This document shows positions 24,913-32,000 of a stretch of DNA of 32,000 bases, piece by piece. The position numbers were made by a program, and so were the translations under genes. How positions within the stretch are numbered: position 1 is the stretch's first letter; the number at the start of each line of letters is the position of its first letter. The stretch covers positions 49,897 through 81,896 of the forward strand of contig JALEKN010000019.1 in the NCBI GenBank assembly GCA_022769125.1. The letters are read 5' to 3'. Under the pieces are notes generated by a model. It searched no databases and was not told the origin of the DNA. It was given only the letters and a program-made list of their open reading frames with translations. Origin of the DNA: Agathobacter sp. GTDB lineage: Bacteria > Bacillota > Clostridia > Lachnospirales > Lachnospiraceae.

Positions 24913-26562
24913 CTAGCCTGCATCTGTAAATGTAAAGCGCATCATAATTTCACGAATGGAATCCGCATTATTTTCATTGGTACGGGCAATCTCCGCAAGT
25001 TCCGTTGTGGTCTGCTTTGTCTGCTCTACCTTTTCGAGGACGATATCTGTTGTCGTTGAAGATTCTTCCGGGCCACCTTGAACACTATCAATCTGTTGCT
25101 GAATATCTGTAACAGCCTTGCCAAATTCATCAGAACACTGACTCATCTCATCGATAATCGAGCGGATCTGCTCAATAGACGTATTATATTCATTCGTTGC
25201 ACTAACAAAAGATTCAAATTGGGTTCGTATATCCTTTTCCATAAATGCAATGATGTTATCAAAGCACTGCTGCACCATATCAATATTATGGCGTGTCTCC
25301 TGGCAGATTGTCTGAATTGCCGTTGCCGTCTGGCGTGAGCTCTCCGCAAGGTTGCCAATTTCATTTGCCACAATGCTGAAACCACGTCCTGCTTCCCCGG
25401 CACGTGCGGCCTCAATCGAAGCATTCAGCGCCAGAAGATTCGTCTGGCTAGTAATAGATAGAATCTGGTTTGCCATCTCATCAATCTGTCCGATCTCGCT
25501 CTTATGGTTCAGATACTTTACAAGCCGTGGATCACGCTCGATCTTAAGTTCCTTCAGATTCTGTAGAGCATTTACCACATAGGTAAGTGGTTTTGTTTTT
25601 ACCCTGATAAATAACCACGAAGCAAACGAAATCAGCAGGCAGACTACAATACAGATAATCAGCACTTGTTTCAATACATAATTGATCTGGCTATAAAGCA
25701 GGGACTCTTTCGTTCGCGCAACCGTTATCCATCCATGCGTTGATTCATATTGGTAAGAAAGAAGGCACTTCGTTCCGTCTATGTCTGTATACTCAAAGGT
25801 TCCTGTTGTCTTGGACGGATCTGCACTGACAGAGGAAACAGCCTGAAGAATTCCGACATCCTCCGGGGATGTCATAATCAGGGACTCGCCCTCATCAAAA
25901 ATGTACATCTGTGAGACAACATTAATCATCGAATAGTGGATATAGGAGTTAGACTGACTTTCTAGCTGCGCTAAAAGTGCCTCCAGAGGTGCTACAAATG
26001 GTCCGCCTCCTACATATCCAAGTATAGTTGTCTGATCCACATCGTATACCGGACAATACATGGACAGCGTAAGCTTCTTTGACGCAGGTGATACAATAAT
26101 TCCAGCATTATACAGTCCGTCCGCGCTTGTCATAGCATCCTGCAAAGCCTTTAAGGAATCACCCTCTCTTGTTGTCATTCCCACAACATCAGGATTCGAA
26201 TGAGCAACAATATGCGTATTCCATTCACCCACGTACAAGCCTTCCCATTGATTCAGTCCTGCATAATAAATCTGTGTATATTCCTACGCTGCCGCCTGCT
26301 TCTGGGTATTCGTGACATCTTTCAAGAATTCACGAATTACCGGCGCCTTTCCAAATTGCTGGAGCAGTTCCTCCTGATGCTGTACATACTCACTAATTAT
26401 AACATTCTGCCCATTCAAAGATGCCACCATTTCTTCTCTCGAGGTTCTTTTCAGGACATTTGATACGCCTGACTGAATTGTTATAAACAGAAATAAAAAT
26501 CCTATCACTGTGACAAGCGTAATAATACATGTGATCGCATTCCTCATTTTTATATTTTTCAT
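24913..26562 (-). pseudogene. Methyl-accepting chemotaxis protein (TM1 - Cache-like sensor - TM2 - HAMP-like - signalling domain) interrupted by one in-frame TAG at 26284-26286
   Basis: The ORFs 26284-26562 (TM1 plus the start of the sensor) and 24913-26238 are in the same frame. The 15 codons between them are open and read ..[36 protein letters not shown]... The signalling tip is [35 protein letters not shown]. Confidence 0.7.
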
Positions 26563-26787
26563 TCACATATCTCCTCGCAAAACATAAGTTTCCTTTTATC
26601 TGTAGTACTCTCTTTTAATTACTTAGAATTTTCTAACTTTCTAAAAGCATCACATCTTGAGTTTGACATTTTCCCCATTTTTTGCACTTTTTTATCATTA
26701 TACACTTTTTTCCAGAAAACTAAAGTCTTTTTTTATATTCAGTCAAAAACCTTCACATCCACCCAAGCTTCGACTTAGTGCCGCACG

Positions 26788-26832
26788 TAAAAAAGCGGGC
26801 ATGTACACCCTTACGGCTGCACATGCCCGCTT
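26788..26832 (-). terminator. Intrinsic terminator after the oleate hydratase gene
   Basis: 12-bp stem AAGCGGGCATGT / ACATGCCCGCTT (26793-26804 and 26821-26832), followed on the minus strand by TTTTTTACG. It lies 20 nt after the stop. Confidence 0.8.
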
Positions 26833-26851
26833 CGTCATAATTCCTATTCTG

Positions 26852-28645
26852 TTATTCGATAAGTCCGCTCTCCTTTAAAAGGATCTCGATATCGGTTCCC
26901 TTGACCTTCTTTAACACGATCTTGAGCAGTTCCTTCTCAGCGAAGCTAAGCTTTGCCTCACTAATCGGCTTCTTGTCAATTGCATAGTAGCACGCACGTA
27001 AAAGTTCTCTGACATCATACTTGCTGCCCCATACCTCCGGTACACCACGGTCAATGTCTAACAGTGTATATACGGCCTCCATGCCGGTACGCATAGAATA
27101 CTCGGTCGTGAAGATCGTGTCACGCGGTGTCTCGGCAAACTGACCTAAGAATGCGAAGTTTACAGCGCCTTCCGGAACGATATGCGGACGGTCCTCATTC
27201 TTTCTCGGCTGGAAGAATGCATTGATATATGGCATAAAGCAGGTTGTCGTGTTGCAAGCCTCTTTTGCAAGTGTCTCGATCTCGTTTTCCGGAATTCCGA
27301 TATGGTACAGCCACTCGCGGCAGACTTCTTCACCGGTGCAATCACGCATTGCCTTCTTGACGTAATTTCCTTCCTTGTTGGTATTCAGGGCATACAGCCA
27401 TACCAGCACCATGTTCTTATCCTGGGACTTGAACTGTGGCTGACGATTGATCGTCCATGACAGATACCAATTGTCCATGCTGTCTTTTACGGTTACAATA
27501 CCGCCGGTTGTAACCTTGCCCTCACGCGGATCACGCTTGCAGACATTGATAATGTGCTGGATGATCTCCTCATTTGAAGTTGCAACAGTTGCACTCATCC
27601 AGTTTGTAGCCTCTATGTCATTGCAGAATGCATCCGGATTACCGAACTCACCATGTGTTGCCTGCGCTGCGATTGCCTTCCACATATCCCAGGACTCTCC
27701 GCAGCCATTCTTAAGCTTAGACAGATCTGGTGTATGAGTCTGGTCGCCGTAGCAGGAAGAATCTGTACAGCAGCCGTTCGTGATAAATACAAGGTCGTCC
27801 TCAATCAGGTCAATTGTCTGCTGGAACCCATCCTTTACATATACGATCTGACGTGCGATCTTCTTATCGCCAACTGTCTCGATTATGACATTCTTTACAT
27901 CCATACCATACTCAATCTTTACCCCATGATCCTCAAGATACTTTACAAGTGGCATGATCAGGCTTTCGTACTGGTTGAACTTGGTAAAGCGAAGTGCACT
28001 AAAGTCCGGAAGTCCATCAATATGATGTACGTAACGGCACAGATAACGCTTCATCTCAAGTGCGCTTGACCAACGCTGGAAAGCAAACATCGTCTGCCAA
28101 TACAGCCAGAAATTTGTCTCCCAGAAAGAATCCGGAAGCACATCGGAGATTTTCTTATCCTCAAGGTCTTTTTCCGGTGTGATGAAAAGCTGTGATAAAG
28201 CCATTGCGGATGCCTTGTCCAACTCGAACTTTTTATCGGTATGTGCATCCTCACCGCGATTGATGGATGCACGGCAGAGAGAGTAATTCGGATCATGCTT
28301 GTTGAGCCAGTAGTACTCGTCAAGTACAGATGCTCCTGGTTTCTCTAAAGACGGAACATCGCGGAACGTATCCCACATAACCTCAAAATGGTTGTCCATC
28401 TCACGTCCGCCTCTCATGAAGAAGCCCTTCGTGATATCCTTACGTCCATCACAGCTTCCGCCAGCCAGCTCCAGCTTCTCCAACAGATGGATATGCTCTC
28501 CCTTCATCTGCCCGTCACGGACAAGGTAAAATGCTGCGGTCAGTCCTGCAAGTCCTGTTCCGATGATATATGCTGATTTCTTGTCCACATCCTTTGGTTT
28601 TTCCGGATGTGCAAATGATTCATAAGTTCCTGCTGAATAATACAT
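26852..28645 (-). CDS. ohyA: Oleate hydratase (MCRA-family FAD-dependent fatty-acid hydratase)
   Basis: 597 aa. The N-terminal MYYSAGTYESFAHPEKP..KSAYIIGTGLAGLTAAFYLVRDG (FAD GxGxxG fold) and the overall sequence are characteristic of 67-kDa myosin-cross-reactive-antigen/oleate hydratases. Confidence 0.93.
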   Translation of the reverse strand: MYYSAGTYESFAHPEKPKDVDKKSAYIIGTGLAGLTAAFYLVRDGQMKGEHIHLLEKLELAGGSCDGRKDITKGFFMRGGREMDNHFEVMWDTFRDVPSLEKPGASVLDEYYWLNKHDPNYSLCRASINRGEDAHTDKKFELDKASAMALSQLFITPEKDLEDKKISDVLPDSFWETNFWLYWQTMFAFQRWSSALEMKRYLCRYVHHIDGLPDFSALRFTKFNQYESLIMPLVKYLEDHGVKIEYGMDVKNVIIETVGDKKIARQIVYVKDGFQQTIDLIEDDLVFITNGCCTDSSCYGDQTHTPDLSKLKNGCGESWDMWKAIAAQATHGEFGNPDAFCNDIEATNWMSATVATSNEEIIQHIINVCKRDPREGKVTTGGIVTVKDSMDNWYLSWTINRQPQFKSQDKNMVLVWLYALNTNKEGNYVKKAMRDCTGEEVCREWLYHIGIPENEIETLAKEACNTTTCFMPYINAFFQPRKNEDRPHIVPEGAVNFAFLGQFAETPRDTIFTTEYSMRTGMEAVYTLLDIDRGVPEVWGSKYDVRELLRACYYAIDKKPISEAKLSFAEKELLKIVLKKVKGTDIEILLKESGLIE

Positions 28646-28732
28646 AATGATTACCTCCCATTTCTTATAAATGTGTTTGGTTGCTTGTCTTTATGCTTTT
28701 ATTATATGCCCATTTTTTTGTACTTCCATAGA

Positions 28733-28769
28733 CACAAAAAGCCCCGTGACAAAATCTTTATCACGGGGC
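28733..28769 (-). terminator. Intrinsic terminator after the TetR gene
   Basis: Stem GCCCCGTGA / TCACGGGGC (28741-28749 and 28761-28769), followed on the minus strand by TTTTTGTG. Confidence 0.75.
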
Positions 28770-28790
28770 AGTTCATTGTTTAAATTTTTA

Positions 28791-29372
28791 TCATTTTGCT
28801 TCTTTTGATGTATGATCCGATATTTTAAACCGCTGCAGCGCATTGGAAAAGGAATCCTGCATCAGTATCGCAAGCTTGTCCACGATCACCTTCGGTTCCT
28901 CCTTCATATCGTCCGCAATCCAATCCAGCATCAGCCCTACAAAGATGTAGGTATAGATCCGTGCAATAAAATCCTTATCCTCCTCCCGGACAGGTATATC
29001 TGCCGATTCCTCCTCGATCACATTCATCAGAAGGTTATCCACAAGTGGCTTCAGATACCGTTCCACCTGTGCACGGTCAACACAGCGGTATACGTTCATG
29101 ATGAACGGCTTGTTGTCCTGCACCGCCTGAAAGATCTGTAGAAATCCCTCCTGCCAGGTATCATGTGTCTTTTTGCCTTCCAATGCCTTCTTGGCATCCT
29201 CCAGGCAGGACCACTCCACCAGATCGTAAATATCCTTGAAGTGATAGTAAAAGGTCATGCGGTTGATCCCGCAGTCCTCCGCGATATCGCTTATGGTAAT
29301 CTTGGTGAGCGGCTTTTTCAGGAGCAGATTTTTCAGGGATTGCTCCAATGCGCGCTTGGTCACTTCCGACAT
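28791..29372 (-). CDS. TetR/AcrR-family transcriptional regulator (DhaS-like subgroup)
   Basis: HTH motif LTKITISDIAEDCGINRMTFYYHFKDIYDLVEW. The start lies 12 nt after the kinase stop, with AAGGAG as SD. Confidence 0.9.
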   Translation of the reverse strand: MSEVTKRALEQSLKNLLLKKPLTKITISDIAEDCGINRMTFYYHFKDIYDLVEWSCLEDAKKALEGKKTHDTWQEGFLQIFQAVQDNKPFIMNVYRCVDRAQVERYLKPLVDNLLMNVIEEESADIPVREEDKDFIARIYTYIFVGLMLDWIADDMKEEPKVIVDKLAILMQDSFSNALQRFKISDHTSKEAK

Positions 29373-29384
29373 AACGATTCTCCT

Positions 29385-32000
29385 TTACAGATACTCTTCC
29401 AATGTATCTTCAATATCCTTAACATTGATCGGTTTGGATATATATCCGGTCATTCCTGCCTCTTTGCACTTTTCTCGGTCACTCGCGAACGTATTTGCAG
29501 TCATCGCAAAGATTGGAATGTCCCTGTCTCTCCGCTTGCTCGCCCGGATCTGGCGGGTTGCTTCCAGACCATCCATAACCGGCATCTGCATATCCATAAA
29601 GATCACATGATAGTATTCCAACGCAGAATCACGGAATTTCTGCACGCCGAGGGCTCCGTTCTCCGCCCAATCAACCACAAAGCCAAGCGTCTGCAGCAGT
29701 GCGACCGCAATTTCGGCATTGAGTGCATTATCCTCAACCAGAAGTGCTCTCGTTCCTTTGAAGTGGTCTCTGTCCGGTTTTTCTTTCTTCGCCGGATGGA
29801 GCACAGCTGCCTTCTGTTCCTCGCTTGCAGCCTCAAACGGCAATTCAACGGTAAATACCGATCCCTGTCCCAATGTACTCTCAACATGAAGTGTGCCGCC
29901 CATCAGGTCCGTAAATCCCTTTACAACGGACATACCGAGTCCTGCGCCTTCTGTCTTGGAGATGAGGCTGTCCTCTGCCCTTGCATAATCGTCACAGATA
30001 TGCTGGATAAATTCTTCCGACATTCCAATGCCATTGTCCACACAGCGGAAACAGTATCTGTTATCCAGCAGACGCGTCAGGGATACTTCTATCTTTCCAC
30101 CCGGATTCGTGTACTTTACCGCATTTGAAATAATATTGATCATGATCTGGTTGAAACGGTTTGCATCACCGATCACGACATCATCTCCAACCTCACAGTT
30201 TAAGAGAAGCTTCTGCTCTTTCCGCTCTGCCAGTGGCCGGAGCATCTGCACACAGTCCTTCACGCTGTCCGCAATTGCAAACGGTCCGCAGATCAGTTCA
30301 ACATGGCCGTGCTCCAGCTGGTTTACATCAAGAATCGAATCCAATAACACCATGAGGTAATTTCCCTCAGACGTAATGCTCTCCAATGCCTTTTCCAGCC
30401 TGGTTTCATCGTTTTTGTGTTTCTGTGCGATCTGGGTCATGCCGAGTACAACATTCAGCGGCGTCCGGATATCATGGCTCATCTTCGAGAAGAAGTTCTG
30501 CTTCATCTCGTTTGCATCCTTTGCCTCTGCAAGCGCAGCCGTAAGCTCCTTTGCGATGCGCTTCTGCTCCGCCCTGCTGTGCAGGGACTGAAGATACAGT
30601 GCAATCAGAAACAGGATAAGGCATACAGCCGCGATCAGCACGACCAGGTAAAAAGGATGACGGAACAAAAACGCCATCATGGTAGAGGATTCGGTCGTTT
30701 CTACATAGGACTGCACAACCTCCGCCTCTATCTGGGATGATATATTTGTCAACGTCTTTTCCCATATTCCATAGAAATGGCAGTTATCATGTGCATTGAC
30801 TCCCATCCGGATGTCAAGCGATGCCCCCGGAACGATCTCCACGCGGAAACGGTTCTGCAGGTCATCCTGCGCTAGCCTCTGCGCAGTGTAAGACATAAGA
30901 ACTGCTCCATCCGCATTGCCGCTTAACACTTCCTGCACGCACTCGTCGCAATCCTTTGCCACAAGAATCGTTACATCCGGCCATATTTCGGAGACAATCG
31001 ATTTCAGCATTCCGTTAGCCTCTGGAATCACCAGCGTCCGGATCTTGTCTGAGGATCCGTTCTCCCTTAAGACAGAGATCGTTGTTGTCAGATAGCCGTT
31101 GGTTGTCTTATATCTGTATGCAACATTGTTTACACTCTCTTCACTTGCATCCATCCAGACATCAATGTTCCCTGATTCGATCAGCTTTTGATATTCCTGC
31201 CTTGTGGATACCGGAACAATCTCATAATCCAGGCCAAGCTTCTCCGCGGTCTGGCGGAAAATATCCGCAAGGATTCCCCGGGCCTCGCCGCCCTCATACC
31301 AGGAATACGGCTTTTCGTCCGGATTCATAACTGCCCGGACTACAGCATTGTTCTTCTGCAGCTCCCTTAGCAGTGTCTGCTCCGCCGCTGTCAGCTGTGT
31401 ATTCTGTTCCTGTACCCCATAGTAGCGGTTATATAGCTCTGTCCTCTAGTCCGGGTTCTCTATATTCAGTTCATCCATTGCGGCATCTATCTTATCAATG
31501 AGCGCCTGATCCTCTTTGCGCGCCATGATATAATATGGGGTGTTGCCGAAGTTCTCAATCGTCATCTCGTCCTCCGGCATCCCCAGATAGCTATTGACGA
31601 GTGCGTCCACTTCGCCATTTACCAATGCCTCGGACAGTTCCGTAGGAGTCTCATAGTAAACGATGTCACAGGAGAATCCCTTTTCCTCAACAAATTCGAG
31701 AAACTTGTCGTTGTAAGTATGGCGCTGCAGCAGACCGATACGAAGTCCATCATAGGTAGAATAGTCGCCTGCCACTACCTTCGAATTGCCAACCTTGACA
31801 TTCATGCATGTCGTGGAGGTAATCGCCGGGTGCGTGGAAAAGGCAAACTCTTCCTCCCTCTCCGGTGTCTTTTTCGCAGCGGTATAGATGTCGAGTTCTC
31901 CGTTTCGCAGCATCTCCACGCATTCCTGCGCACTCTTCTCATACCCTACATAGGAAAATGTACACTGCAGATATTTGGATAAATTCTCCATCATCTCATA
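29385..32000 (-). pseudogene. Hybrid sensor histidine kinase/response regulator with tandem extracytoplasmic SBP_bac_3 domains, interrupted by one in-frame TAG at 31446-31448; the 5' end lies outside the window
   Basis: ORF 31446-31994 (SBP_bac_3 domain 1, open to the window edge) and ORF 29385-31328 share a frame. The 39 intervening codons are open: ..NIENPD*RTELYNRYYGVQEQNTQLTAAEQTLLRELQKNNAVVRAVMNPDEKPYSWYE. Downstream are SBP_bac_3 domain 2, a TM helix, the H-box FFSKMSHDIRTPLN, the N box NAVKYT, the G boxes DNGIGMS and GAGLGMS, and a receiver domain (LLVEDN..FMDMQMPVMDG..ISKP). Confidence 0.7.

Noticed and set aside
26563-26700. A SigD (sigma-28) flagellar-type promoter upstream of the chemoreceptor gene (TAAA ... 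GATAAAAG).
   Set aside because: The spacing between the TAAA word and the GATAA word is about 13 nt instead of the required roughly 17-18 nt, and the GCCGATAA core is absent. No confident promoter call could be made.
28659-28673. CATTT-N5-AAATG inverted repeat next to the ohyA SD, considered as a TetR operator.
   Set aside because: It has only 5-bp AT-rich arms, which are expected by chance in an AT-rich leader. This is too weak to report as a feature without binding data.
29163-30128. 321-aa plus-strand ORF spanning the TetR/kinase junction. Similar long antisense ORFs occur elsewhere (e.g. 11422-12024, 12081-12596, 16148-16801, 6035-6475, 10502-11068).
   Set aside because: All lie antisense to ORFs with unmistakable domain content. 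They have no SD or start context and low-complexity, R/C/H-rich translations. They are shadow ORFs of the real minus-strand genes.
26284-31448. Reassignment of TAG to a sense codon (pyrrolysine or an alternative genetic code) as the explanation for the two in-frame TAGs.
   Set aside because: TAG terminates 10 well-defined genes in the same window at natural C-termini, often directly followed by the next gene's SD or ATG. No Pyl-type methyltransferase or pyl genes are visible. Only site-specific suppression remains conceivable, and that is covered under the findings.
1-32000. A mobile element, prophage or defence island.
   Set aside because: I saw no integrase, transposase, recombinase, phage structural gene, toxin-antitoxin or restriction-modification gene. 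I also saw no flanking direct repeats or tRNA attachment site. Gene content is housekeeping, carbohydrate metabolism and signalling, with uniform strand orientation.

Overview
This is a chromosomal segment from a Gram-positive anaerobe. Protein content looks Clostridia/Lachnospiraceae-like: lipobox lipoproteins, a T-box leader, a CUT1-type sugar ABC importer and a chemoreceptor. Of 26 genes, 25 lie on the minus strand. In transcription order (high to low coordinates) the window contains: (1) a hybrid sensor kinase/response regulator with tandem extracytoplasmic SBP_bac_3 domains, interrupted by one in-frame TAG, followed by a TetR regulator; (2) oleate hydratase; (3) a Cache-type methyl-accepting chemotaxis protein, also interrupted by one in-frame TAG; (4) a T-box (Met specifier) leader controlling metG, plus a Nudix hydrolase; (5) an orphan small protein with its own promoter and terminator, a 72-bp tandem repeat built from terminator-like hairpins, and the only plus-strand gene; (6) a five-gene YtrA/GntR-type operon with two ABC ATPase/membrane-protein pairs and a palindrome overlapping its promoter; (7) tatD; (8) a two-operon beta-mannan/galactomannan utilisation locus. 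That locus encodes a signal-peptide-less GH26-like enzyme, GH36 alpha-galactosidase, a LacI regulator and an SGNH esterase lipoprotein. Its second operon encodes a GH26 mannanase lipoprotein, YesL, a 1003-aa CBM-fused solute-binding protein, two permeases and an uncharacterised NHL/TPR - Yip1 - membrane-protein tail. I saw no rRNA, tRNA, CRISPR array, transposase or integrase. The best candidate for new biology is the extracytoplasmic accessory module coupled to the mannan importer operon. All domain calls come from motif recognition by eye and need HMM or structure confirmation.
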